From Clostridia bacterium (lineage in GTDB: Bacteria > CBDUZB01 > JAGLHV01), in the NCBI GenBank assembly GCA_030637025.1, contig DAOVVV010000021.1, positions 1-48,712 on the forward strand: 48,712 nucleotides of DNA, given 5' to 3'. Position 1 is the stretch's first letter, and every line of letters begins with the position of its first letter. A program made the position numbers and the translations under genes. Positions 35,770 through 45,137 of the stretch are shown here, one piece after another. The notes under the pieces were generated by a model. It saw only the letters and a program-made list of their open reading frames with translations, was not told where the DNA came from and made no database searches.

Positions 35770-36765
35770 CTAATTAAAAACCTTATAAGCTTCTTTTAAG
35801 ATCTGAACAGGAATCTCTATTCCTACATGTTTGGCAACCCTAACATTCACCGATAAAAGGGCTTTCCTGGGGAAAGTAACCGGTAACGTCCCGGGATTTT
35901 CCCCATTTATTATTTTCCAGGATAATTCCCCTCCCTGACGGCCAATATCTTCATAATCACAACTTAAAGCCAATAGAGCCCCCTTTTGTACAAGATGAGC
36001 TGCATACCCCATAACAGGAACTTTGTTCTTTAAAGTAAGCGATAATATATACTGCAAAGACTGCTCACTATCCACAGTACTATCCGGAATTAACCATAAC
36101 ATATTAATTTCGCTGATTAACCCGGTAAGAACATTCGGAACATCTTTGGAAGAAAGAACACTAACCGCTTTTAATTCCATTCTGTTTTTTTTGGCAAAAG
36201 AATCAGCATTTTTAATCATTTCGCTTGATTCAAGAGGATTATACATTACTCCGATATTTTCTATCCCGGGAATAACTGATTTCATTGCCTGCCAATGCAG
36301 ATAAACAGGAATTTTCATTGTCGTTCCGGTAAAATTATTTCCTGAATTTTGATTACTTTTCACAAAACCATTTTTCCGGGGATCTAACACCATCAGAAAT
36401 ATTACCGGAACATCCCTTATTTCCGCCTGGTGTATTTTCTTCGTTGCCTCAGTTCCAACAGTTAATATTAAATCCGGTTTTTCCTCTTCAATCTTCTTAA
36501 TGATTGCTTTTTCTTCTTTTCTTTTACCCTTTAACAAATAATAATTTAAAATTAAATTTTTACCTTCGGTATACCCTTTTTCTTCCAACGACTCAAAAAA
36601 CCCTTTTAATGCACTATTATATGGTTTAATATTCAAACTCTTAATAACATAAATATTAACTACTTTACCAGCGGATATTGCTCCTGTTTTTCCTATAAAT
36701 AGTATTCCAATACATAATAAAAATATTACTGTCTTTTTATATTTAAAACTATTTTTTCTCTCCAT
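35770..36765 (-). CDS. ABC_sub_bind-type periplasmic binding protein (paralog 2)
   Basis: Clear paralog of 31231-32223 (IKSLNIKPYN, CDYEDIGRQ, LPVTFPRK). Confidence 0.85.
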   Translation of the reverse strand: MERKNSFKYKKTVIFLLCIGILFIGKTGAISAGKVVNIYVIKSLNIKPYNSALKGFFESLEEKGYTEGKNLILNYYLLKGKRKEEKAIIKKIEEEKPDLILTVGTEATKKIHQAEIRDVPVIFLMVLDPRKNGFVKSNQNSGNNFTGTTMKIPVYLHWQAMKSVIPGIENIGVMYNPLESSEMIKNADSFAKKNRMELKAVSVLSSKDVPNVLTGLISEINMLWLIPDSTVDSEQSLQYILSLTLKNKVPVMGYAAHLVQKGALLALSCDYEDIGRQGGELSWKIINGENPGTLPVTFPRKALLSVNVRVAKHVGIEIPVQILKEAYKVFN

Positions 36766-37130
36766 TTATTTCCCGAATTTCTCTGAATATTATTTATATA
36801 AGATTCTAATATTAATATAGGTTTATACCATTTCAAAACCATTACCGTAATTATCCGCTATTTATTTTTTATTTTAAGTCAACTTTCACGATTAAATGTA
36901 CTACAAGTTTAGTACCCTTGTCAAGAAAATTAGGTCTAAAATTTAAATTAACTTCATAAAAACATTTATCCTCTTAAATATCTCAAAAATAAATACGCTG
37001 ACTACAACCCTGTTTTAGTAAAAAAAGAAAAGCCCCCGTTCCAAAATGTATTTTCTCTCTGATAAGTTTTAACACAAAAACAAAAATTATGAACCCGATA
37101 AAATATAATAAAATTTCACTCATAGTTTAC

Positions 37131-37159
37131 TTGACAAAAAAATGTAATTTTAGTATAAA
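37131..37159 (+). promoter_or_regulatory. Sigma70-type promoter
   Basis: TTGACA-17 bp-TATAAA upstream of 37211. Confidence 0.65.
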
Positions 37160-37210
37160 AAGAAAAAACTTAAAGCTCGTTTTTTACATACAGGAGAAAA
37201 CAAAAAAACA

Positions 37211-38185
37211 ATGAAAAAGAGTTTCTGGATAGGATTGGTTTTTAGTTTTATTTTTCTTTACCTTACTTTTAGAAAAGTAGACTTTCAAGAAATTAAACAG
37301 GCCTTAACCATGGTTACCTTTTTATGGATTTTTCCGGCAGTTATTACTTACCTGTTTGTTTTTTTATTAAGAGCTGTTCGTTGGAAATATATTTTTTCTC
37401 CTTTAAAAAAAACTCATTATCCTTATTTATTTTCTTCCTTAATTATTGGTTATATGGCTAACAACCTTCTTCCTGTACGCATGGGCGAATTCATCCGCGC
37501 TTATCTCATAGGGAAAAAGGAACAGGTTAGTAAAAGTACCGCTCTTGCTACTCTGGTTGTAGAAAGGGTTTTTGACGGATTAACTATTTTATTTCTTCTA
37601 AGTGTAATTTCTTCTTTTTTTCCTTTTCCCTCTTGGGTTAAAAAAATAGGAATAACCTCTTTTATCTCGCTTTCTTTATTAATTGTTTTTCTATACAGTT
37701 TATTACATTGGGAACAAGCTACTATAAAAATTTTTCGCAAAATTATTTTCTTTTTCCCCCTTTCTTTAAAAGAAAAAATAACTACTCTGCTCCGTTCCTT
37801 TGTTTGCGGATTAAAAGTACTCCGCCATAAAAAAGAACTCTTTATGGTTTGTTTTCTATCTTTTATGATCTGGTTTGCTGAAGCAACTACTTTTTACCTG
37901 GTCGCTTGTGCCTTTCATTTATCTATCTCCTTTTTTGGAGCTATATTTATAATGGGTTTAATTTGTCTGGGATTAATTATCCCTTCTTCTCCCGGTTTTA
38001 TCGGAGTATATGAATATTTCAGTATTACTGCTTTACAACTATTATCCGTATCTAAAAGCCAGGCTATTCCTTATACTATAGTTATCCATAGTTTGCAATT
38101 CTCATTAATAATATGTCTTGGTTTTTTCTTCTTATGGAAGGAAAATCTTTCCTGGAAACAATTACAATCAAACCAACAATCTTGA
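37211..38185 (+). CDS. Lysylphosphatidylglycerol-synthase TM-domain (flippase-like) protein
   Basis: RAVRW, GYMANNLLPVRMGEFIR, ERVFD, PSSPGFIGVYE. Confidence 0.88.
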   Translation: MKKSFWIGLVFSFIFLYLTFRKVDFQEIKQALTMVTFLWIFPAVITYLFVFLLRAVRWKYIFSPLKKTHYPYLFSSLIIGYMANNLLPVRMGEFIRAYLIGKKEQVSKSTALATLVVERVFDGLTILFLLSVISSFFPFPSWVKKIGITSFISLSLLIVFLYSLLHWEQATIKIFRKIIFFFPLSLKEKITTLLRSFVCGLKVLRHKKELFMVCFLSFMIWFAEATTFYLVACAFHLSISFFGAIFIMGLICLGLIIPSSPGFIGVYEYFSITALQLLSVSKSQAIPYTIVIHSLQFSLIICLGFFFLWKENLSWKQLQSNQQS

Positions 38186-38196
38186 ATAAAAAAAAT

Positions 38197-38322
38197 AAAG
38201 ACAGTTAAAAGACAGTTGAATTGGTTTAGATTAGTTTAGATTGGTTAAAGACAAAGACAAAAACAAATAATGAAGGTGAAATGTGTTTTGAACGACTTAG
38301 CAAATTTTAGCAATAATAAGCG
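38197..38322 (+). repeat. Modular repeat array, locus 4 (decamer H - module G)
   Basis: AAAGAC linkers at 38197, 38208, 38247, 38253; TTGGTTTAGA/TTAGTTTAGA/TTGGTT; module G shared with 6905-6954. Confidence 0.75.
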
Positions 38323-38327
38323 TTAAA

Positions 38328-38370
38328 AAAAGAAAGATTTTTGATATAAATATTCAAAAATCTTTCTTTT
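38328..38370. terminator. Bidirectional hairpin between convergent genes
   Basis: AAAAGAAAGATTTTTGA / TCAAAAATCTTTCTTTT. Confidence 0.65.
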
Positions 38371-38402
38371 AATCTGCAACTATTTCTTTACTTTATCAAA
38401 TT

Positions 38403-39431
38403 TTATTTAAAAAACACCTGAATTAAATTCCACCATTCGTCAGTGACCGTCTTCAACTTAGAGACTGCTTCTTCCAAAGGAACACCTACTATCCGATCAC
38501 CCTGCAACGCAACCATTTGTCCGAATTTTTCCTCTGCTACCAAATCCGCTGCTTTTACCCCTACCCGTGTCCCTAATATTCTATCAAATAAAGTCGGAGA
38601 ACCTCCTCTTTGAATATGTCCAATTACCGCAACTCTGGTTTCTACTTTTATTTTTTCTTCAATTATGTTAGCAATGTCCTCCCCTACCCCTCTCTTTTTC
38701 AAAATCATATGTCCAAACGGGTCTAATTCTTCTTTAGCCCCATTTATATTAGGAATTTTTACTCCTTCTGAAACTATTACTAAAGCTGTTTTCTTTCGAC
38801 TATAATCTTTTTTTAATTGCTCACACATTTTATCTATTTCCACTTCTCTTTCCGGAATTAATACCCAATCCGCTGCTGCACCAAGCCCTACAAATAAAGC
38901 TACCCAACCTGCATGTCTGCCCATTACCTCTAAAACCATAATCCGGCGATGGGAAGCACCTGTATCCTTTAATCTCTCTGCTGCATCTACTGCTACAGTA
39001 ACAGAAGTATCAAACCCAAAAGTATAATCAGTAGCAGAAAGATCGTTATCCATAGTTTTAGGGACACCTATACAATTAATTCCTTTTTTGCCCAGTTTAT
39101 TAGCAACACCCAGGGTATCTTCTCCTCCCATAGCTACAATTGCATCCAGACCTAATTTTTTTATATTTTCCTGGCATTTTTTTACATCGCCTTCTTTTCT
39201 AAAAGGATTAGTACGTGAAGTTCCTAAAATAGTTCCACCTTTATTTACAATATCTTCCACATCCCCTATTTCCAGTAGCTCTGCCTCGCCCTCAATCAAT
39301 CCTTTCCACCCTTCCCTTATTCCCATAACCTCAAAGTTATAATCCTTCGCCCTCATCACACAACCTCGAATAGCCGGATTTAACCCAGGACAATCTCCTC
39401 CACCGGTAAGAACCCCAATCCGTTTAACCAT
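38403..39431 (-). CDS. 6-phosphofructokinase family protein, PPi-type signature
   Basis: TGGGDCPGLN, GGEDT, PKTMDND, MGRHAGW. Confidence 0.9.
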   Translation of the reverse strand: MVKRIGVLTGGGDCPGLNPAIRGCVMRAKDYNFEVMGIREGWKGLIEGEAELLEIGDVEDIVNKGGTILGTSRTNPFRKEGDVKKCQENIKKLGLDAIVAMGGEDTLGVANKLGKKGINCIGVPKTMDNDLSATDYTFGFDTSVTVAVDAAERLKDTGASHRRIMVLEVMGRHAGWVALFVGLGAAADWVLIPEREVEIDKMCEQLKKDYSRKKTALVIVSEGVKIPNINGAKEELDPFGHMILKKRGVGEDIANIIEEKIKVETRVAVIGHIQRGGSPTLFDRILGTRVGVKAADLVAEEKFGQMVALQGDRIVGVPLEEAVSKLKTVTDEWWNLIQVFFK

Positions 39432-39461
39432 CTTTTTTACTCCTCCTATATTTTTTGTTTT

Positions 39462-40424
39462 TTATATAGCTAATATCTTAGCTAATTTATACATCTTTTT
39501 ATCTATTTCTCTTTTATTTCTCCAGGCACGACCTAAATCAGAAAAAATTATCCGGCCACTTTTTACTCCTACCACCTTACATTTCATACCTTTAAGTAAT
39601 CCCCCTACAGCAGCGTTACCCAATCGGCTGGCTAAAACACGACTCTGGGCAGTGGGTCTTCCACCCCGTTGAATATAACCTAAAATACTCACCCGAACTT
39701 CCATTCCGGTTTGGTCCTTAATCTGATCCCCAATAGCTATCGGATTTCCCGCGCCTTCGGCCATCACAATAATACTGGAAGTTTTACCCCTCCGGGACCC
39801 TTCTTGTAATTGTTTACTAATTTTAGTTAAATCATATTTTATCTCCGGAACTAAAATTACCTCAGCTCCTGAGGCAAGTCCAACTTCCTGAGCAATAAGC
39901 CCGCTTTTATTCCCCATTACTTCAATAATAAAAAGCCTTTCGTGTGAAGTTGCCGTATCTCTAATTTTATCAATAGCAGCTAAAGCGGTATTTACTGCTG
40001 TATCGAAACCAATAGTTGTATCTGTCCCAAAGACATCGTTATCAATCGTAGCCGGAATACCCACTACCGCAATTTTACTCATCCTATGTAAATAACAAGC
40101 TGCCTGAAAAGAACCATCCCCGCCAATTACTACTAATCCCTGAATTTTATTTTTCTTTAAATTTTTTACAGCTTTTTTCATCCCCAATGCCGTTTTCATC
40201 TCCGGACATCTTACCGTTTTAAGAATTGTTCCCCCTGAATTAATAATGCCACTAACCGAACGCAAATTCAAGGGCTTCCCCTGCCCGGCAATTAAACCGG
40301 CATATCCTCGCTCAAACCCGATAATTTCCAGTCCTTGATATATTGCCGTCCGAACCACCGCCCGAATCGCCGCATTCATTCCCGGTGCATCTCCCCCGGA
40401 AGTTAAAACTCCTATTTTTTTCAT
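39462..40424 (-). CDS. pfkA: ATP-type 6-phosphofructokinase
   Basis: TSGGDAPGMN, GGDGS, PATIDND. Confidence 0.9.
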   Translation of the reverse strand: MKKIGVLTSGGDAPGMNAAIRAVVRTAIYQGLEIIGFERGYAGLIAGQGKPLNLRSVSGIINSGGTILKTVRCPEMKTALGMKKAVKNLKKNKIQGLVVIGGDGSFQAACYLHRMSKIAVVGIPATIDNDVFGTDTTIGFDTAVNTALAAIDKIRDTATSHERLFIIEVMGNKSGLIAQEVGLASGAEVILVPEIKYDLTKISKQLQEGSRRGKTSSIIVMAEGAGNPIAIGDQIKDQTGMEVRVSILGYIQRGGRPTAQSRVLASRLGNAAVGGLLKGMKCKVVGVKSGRIIFSDLGRAWRNKREIDKKMYKLAKILAI

Positions 40425-41431
40425 TGTTTTTTTCCCTTCTTTTTCCGCTGCTCCAATAAATTTATCGGTTTCTTTCCTGTGCCTGTTTTTATCTGTCCTA
40501 TTTTTCTAAATTTATTATATCGTTGTTCTATTAATTCTTCTGCGGTAAATTTTTTAAATTTTGAGATATTTCTGATTAGACTCTTTTTAACTTCAGCAAT
40601 TACCGCATTATAATCACAATGTGCCCCTCCTAAAGGTTCAGGAATAATTTCATCTATTATTCCATTCTTTAATAAATCAGGAGCAGTAAGTGCTAATTTT
40701 TCCGCCGCTTTTTTTGCTTCCGACGAATCCCGCCATAAAATAGAAGCACATCCCTCAGGAGAAATTACAGAATATATAGCATTTTCCAACATTAATACTT
40801 TATTTCCCACTCCTACAGCCAAAGCTCCTCCACTACCTCCTTCTCCTATTACCACACAAATAATAGGCACCCCAAAACCAGCCATCTCTTTCAAATTTGT
40901 TGCTATAGATTCTGCCTGACCCCTTTCTTCCGCGGCAATACCGGGATAAGCTCCCGGTGTATCAATAAAAATAATCACGGTCCTTCCAAATTTATCCGCT
41001 AACTGCATTAATTTTAAAGCTTTCCCATAACCTTCCGGATGAGGCATAGCAAAATTTCTCTCTTTATTCTCCTGAAGAGTTCTACCTTTTTGATGTCCTA
41101 TAACCACCACCGGATTTTTTTCAAAAAAAGCTATTCCCCCGACAATAGCTTTATCATCAGCAAAATTTCTATCCCCATGCAGCTCTATAAAATCAGACAT
41201 CAATCCTTTTATATAATCTAAGGTATAGGGACGATTAGGATGCCGTGACAATTTAACTTTTTGCCAGGGACTAAGATTAATAAAAATTTCTTTCTTTATT
41301 TTTAAACATTTTTTTTCTAATTTAATAATTTCCGAAGAAAAATCAATACCCTGATCTTTCTCCATGTTTTTAAGCTCTGCTATCTTTTTTTTTATATCCT
41401 CTATTGGTTTTTCAAATTCTAAAAAAGCCAT
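40421..41431 (-). CDS. accA: Acetyl-CoA carboxylase carboxyltransferase alpha subunit
   Basis: FLEFEKPI, RHPNRP, ELHGDR, IDTPGAYPG, GEGGSGGA; likely start ATG 41431. Confidence 0.95.
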   Translation of the reverse strand: MAFLEFEKPIEDIKKKIAELKNMEKDQGIDFSSEIIKLEKKCLKIKKEIFINLSPWQKVKLSRHPNRPYTLDYIKGLMSDFIELHGDRNFADDKAIVGGIAFFEKNPVVVIGHQKGRTLQENKERNFAMPHPEGYGKALKLMQLADKFGRTVIIFIDTPGAYPGIAAEERGQAESIATNLKEMAGFGVPIICVVIGEGGSGGALAVGVGNKVLMLENAIYSVISPEGCASILWRDSSEAKKAAEKLALTAPDLLKNGIIDEIIPEPLGGAHCDYNAVIAEVKKSLIRNISKFKKFTAEELIEQRYNKFRKIGQIKTGTGKKPINLLEQRKKKGKKQ

Positions 41432-41467
41432 TTTATCACCTTTTCCTATATTTAATGCAGACAAAAT

Positions 41468-42193
41468 TTAAAAAGAATCTATAAAATCAATTCTTACAAT
41501 CCTTTCTGTTGTTTCACTTTCTTCTCCAATTCTTTTTCCGGAAATTTCCACACTAAAATCAGGAGTCATAAACAAGCGTAACCCCATATTAAACCTATTC
41601 TGAGGAGTTGTTTTTATATTATCGTATTCCGCTAAAAAAATAATTTTATTTCTCATATTATAAGACACCCCGGTAAATAAATACAAATCATCGTCAATTG
41701 TAGCATTTTCAAATTCATAAATATTACAGCCTACACTAAATTCTAATCCGGGAACAAATACTTCCTTACTAAAAACCAAATAAATTCCATCCTCTCTTTC
41801 TGAATATTCATTTGTTTCACTATTATAAGTTCCATATCCCTGTCCATCAAATCCAAGAGCACAAGCAGGAAAAAAACCCATTCCATTAAACAATCTAAAT
41901 TTGACAAATAATTGCGGAGGTCTTCCTCTTGCTGATTCTCTTCCGATTACTTGTTCTACATCATAATAAAATCCAAAATTAAATCTATCCACGACCCCAA
42001 AAATAGCACGGGTTAAGATACTCCCTTGTGAATACATTCTAAAATTTAAATTATATTCTCCATACCCTAAAATTCCTGCTGTAGGGATATCAACCAAATT
42101 TAAACATTCTTCCCCTCCAAAAGCAGGAGAATAAATTAGATTCATCAAGAAGATTAAACTTATACCTAAAAGTCCGATATTTTTTCTCATCAT
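41468..42193 (-). CDS. Exported protein, probable beta-barrel (YjbH-like)
   Basis: Signal peptide, LVDIPTAGIL, terminal Phe. Confidence 0.6.
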   Translation of the reverse strand: MMRKNIGLLGISLIFLMNLIYSPAFGGEECLNLVDIPTAGILGYGEYNLNFRMYSQGSILTRAIFGVVDRFNFGFYYDVEQVIGRESARGRPPQLFVKFRLFNGMGFFPACALGFDGQGYGTYNSETNEYSEREDGIYLVFSKEVFVPGLEFSVGCNIYEFENATIDDDLYLFTGVSYNMRNKIIFLAEYDNIKTTPQNRFNMGLRLFMTPDFSVEISGKRIGEESETTERIVRIDFIDSF

Positions 42194-42256
42194 TTATCTT
42201 CCCTCCTTAAATCTATCATGCTAATCCTTGTTTTAAGCACAAAAAAACACAAACAA

Positions 42257-42285
42257 AGTATATCAAAATCCTATTTGTTTGTCAA
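42257..42285 (-). promoter_or_regulatory. Sigma70-type promoter for the 42193-accA-pfk run
   Basis: Minus strand TTGACA-17 bp-TATACT. Confidence 0.65.
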
Positions 42286-42307
42286 ACAACTTAAACCCGT
42301 AGTACTG

Positions 42308-42823
42308 TCAATTATTATTCTGACTCTCATTTTTTAAAGCTTCATTCTTTTTATAGACTATTTCTGCTATTTCCTCTTTATAATCCTTAATTTTTTTTCT
42401 TATCAAGGGCAGCTTAACCCCTAATATCTGCGCCGCTAAAATACCCGCATTCTTTGCTCCGGCCTTACCAATCGCTACAGTAGCGACCGGTACACCTGAA
42501 GGCATTTGCACTGTAGAAAGAAGAGAATCCATTCCCCCCAGACTCTGCGTTTGCATAGGAACCCCAATCACCGGCAAAGGCGTCCAGGAGGCAATCACCC
42601 CGGCCAAATGCGCTGCTCCTCCTGCCCCGGCAATAATTACCTGCAAGCCGCGATCTTCGGAAGTGACAGCATACTCATGAGCTATCTGTGGTGTTCGGTG
42701 AGCAGAAATAATACTTGTTTCATAACCTATATCCATCTTATCCAGTACATAGGTTACTTCTTTCATTACAGCTAAATCAGAATCACTTCCCATAACAATC
42801 CCCACTAAAATCTCTTTTTTCAT
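42308..42823 (-). CDS. purE: N5-CAIR mutase
   Basis: MGSDSD, SAHRTP, AGAGGAAHL, PVIGVP. Confidence 0.96.
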   Translation of the reverse strand: MKKEILVGIVMGSDSDLAVMKEVTYVLDKMDIGYETSIISAHRTPQIAHEYAVTSEDRGLQVIIAGAGGAAHLAGVIASWTPLPVIGVPMQTQSLGGMDSLLSTVQMPSGVPVATVAIGKAGAKNAGILAAQILGVKLPLIRKKIKDYKEEIAEIVYKKNEALKNESQNNN

Positions 42824-42857
42824 ATATGCAATCCCTCTTTATAATTTTATTATTACT

Positions 42858-43331
42858 TCATTTTGATATTTTTAATACTTTATATTTAAAAATTCCTGCC
42901 GGGGCTTTAAACTCTACAATGTCCCCAATCTTTTTTCCCAGTAATGCATCCGCTATAGGTGAATTAATAGAGATTTTACCTTGAGCAAAATCCACCTCAT
43001 CTGTCCCAACTAAAGTATATTCCAATTCTTCTTTCGTTTCTACGTCTTTAATTAATACCGTCAAACCAATACATACTTTATCATTGGAAATTTTATCTTT
43101 ATCAATAATTTTAGCCGTACTCAATTTTGATTCTAACTGAATAATTTTACCCATTACATGACCTAAAGTCTCTTTTGCTGCAATATATTCTGCATTTTCT
43201 TTTAAATCACCCATTTCTCTGGCAATACCTATTTCTTTAGACAGTTGTGGTTTTTTTATTTTTTTTAAATATTCCAATTCTTTTTTTAATTTATCAAAAC
43301 CATTTTTAGTTAAATATGTTTTATCTTCCAT
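42858..43331 (-). CDS. greA: Transcription elongation factor
   Basis: AREMGDLKENAEY, ISINSPIADALLG. Confidence 0.95.
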   Translation of the reverse strand: MEDKTYLTKNGFDKLKKELEYLKKIKKPQLSKEIGIAREMGDLKENAEYIAAKETLGHVMGKIIQLESKLSTAKIIDKDKISNDKVCIGLTVLIKDVETKEELEYTLVGTDEVDFAQGKISINSPIADALLGKKIGDIVEFKAPAGIFKYKVLKISK

Positions 43332-43541
43332 CTCTTCTCACCTTCCTTCTTTTTTGCCCTTTATTAAATCTATGTTAAAAGCTTAATACCCTATAAAAAT
43401 AAAAAACCAACACCTTCTTAAACAAATCATTACACTGAAAGTATTGGTTTTTCCCCTTTTTAACCCCACATTTATTTAACATCAACATGTAAAATTCTAT
43501 TTATTTTATACACAGAATTTTACTAAAAAGAAAACTAATTG

Positions 43542-45137
43542 TCAATATTTTTTTACCAGATTTTTAAAAAAATACTTAGTACCCTTTTTCTTTTGTGCTT
43601 CTCTTTTTGCCATTGCCATTAATATTACCACCATAATTGAACATCCATAAGCAAAAACATTACCGTATTTAGTATAAAAGGTTTTTTTTGTTGATAAAAA
43701 AACGTCATAATGAAGATAACCTTTTACAAATAAAGGAAAAGTTTTTTTAATTCTTCCAAAAGGATCAATAAACCCGGAAATACCGGTATTAGCCGCTCTA
43801 ACAACATATATTCTATTTTCTACAGCACGAAAAACACAAGTAGAAAAATGTTGATAGGGAGCGGAAGTTTTTCCAAACCAGGCATCATTGGTAATATTTA
43901 TTATTATTTTTGCTCCTTTATTTACAAAACGCCTTATTAGGTTAGGAAAAATAATTTCAAAACAAATAAACACCCCTGCATCTATTTCCGGTAATTTTAG
44001 AATCCTTATTTCTTTACCTTTATCAAAATCTCCTATTTCATTTAAAACATTTATTACTTTAGAAAATAACCACCTTAAAGGCACCATTTCTCCAAAAGGC
44101 ACCAAGTGTATTTTATCATGCTGGTTTAATATTTTTCCCTCGGACGAAAACAAAAAAGCCGAATTATAATATCTTTCTTTTTCAAAAGATTTTTTACTAT
44201 ATTTTATATCCGGCCCTCCTATAATATGATTACACCCACTTTGTTTTATTAGTTCCTCCAGCCAACGACTCAAATCGTGTTCATAATTTACATATCCGGG
44301 AATAGCTGCTTCCGGCCATACAATTAATTGTGGATTCAAAGACTTTGTTTTCTTTACTAATTCAGTATAAACTCTCATAATTTGCGGTTTATAAGCACTA
44401 TCCCACTTCATTTTCTGAGGAATATTCCCTTGCAAAACAACCACTTTAACCGAAGATTTATCTTCCTTTTCTGCTTGACGAATCACAACATACCCATAAC
44501 TATAACATACACTTAAACCCATTCCTACAATAATAATAATCTGTATCTTTTTACGTAGTTTTTCTCCCCGCCATTGGGTATCTAATATTTTTAGCAAAGC
44601 AATATTAAATATTACAATCAAAAAAGAAACCCCGTAACTACCGGTAATTCCTGCAATTTGAATTAAAAATGTATTTTTCCACTGTGAATATCCTAAAAGT
44701 GCCCAGGGAAAACCGGAAAAAAAACAAGAACGACATAATTCTAAAAAAACCCACAAAAAACCTCCAAAAAGAATATGTAATAGCCGGGAAGAAACATGTA
44801 AAACAAAAAATTTATATAAGAGACAAAAAACACCTACATATACAGCTAAATAAAAAACTAAAGCCAACAAAATTAAATAACTAAGTATTGCCGGCATTTG
44901 GCCATACTTAATCATGGTTTCTCCCAACCAATACAAAATCCCCGTATAAGCAATGACTCCGGATAGAAAACCCAAATAAAAAACACTACTAAAGTTTTCT
45001 TTTTCTACGGCTATAAGTAACGGAATCAAACTTATCCAGGCAAAAGAAGAATAATTAAAATTAGGAAAAATTAAGATAAGTAAACACCCAGAAAGAATTG
45101 TAAAAAAAAATTTTCCAAGCTTAACTGTTTTGAACAT
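43542..45137 (-). CDS. lnt: Apolipoprotein N-acyltransferase
   Basis: GFPWALLGYSQ, QGNI, WPEAA, KIHLVPFGE, ICFE, TNDAWF, RAVEN. Confidence 0.95.
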   Translation of the reverse strand: MFKTVKLGKFFFTILSGCLLILIFPNFNYSSFAWISLIPLLIAVEKENFSSVFYLGFLSGVIAYTGILYWLGETMIKYGQMPAILSYLILLALVFYLAVYVGVFCLLYKFFVLHVSSRLLHILFGGFLWVFLELCRSCFFSGFPWALLGYSQWKNTFLIQIAGITGSYGVSFLIVIFNIALLKILDTQWRGEKLRKKIQIIIIVGMGLSVCYSYGYVVIRQAEKEDKSSVKVVVLQGNIPQKMKWDSAYKPQIMRVYTELVKKTKSLNPQLIVWPEAAIPGYVNYEHDLSRWLEELIKQSGCNHIIGGPDIKYSKKSFEKERYYNSAFLFSSEGKILNQHDKIHLVPFGEMVPLRWLFSKVINVLNEIGDFDKGKEIRILKLPEIDAGVFICFEIIFPNLIRRFVNKGAKIIINITNDAWFGKTSAPYQHFSTCVFRAVENRIYVVRAANTGISGFIDPFGRIKKTFPLFVKGYLHYDVFLSTKKTFYTKYGNVFAYGCSIMVVILMAMAKREAQKKKGTKYFFKNLVKKY

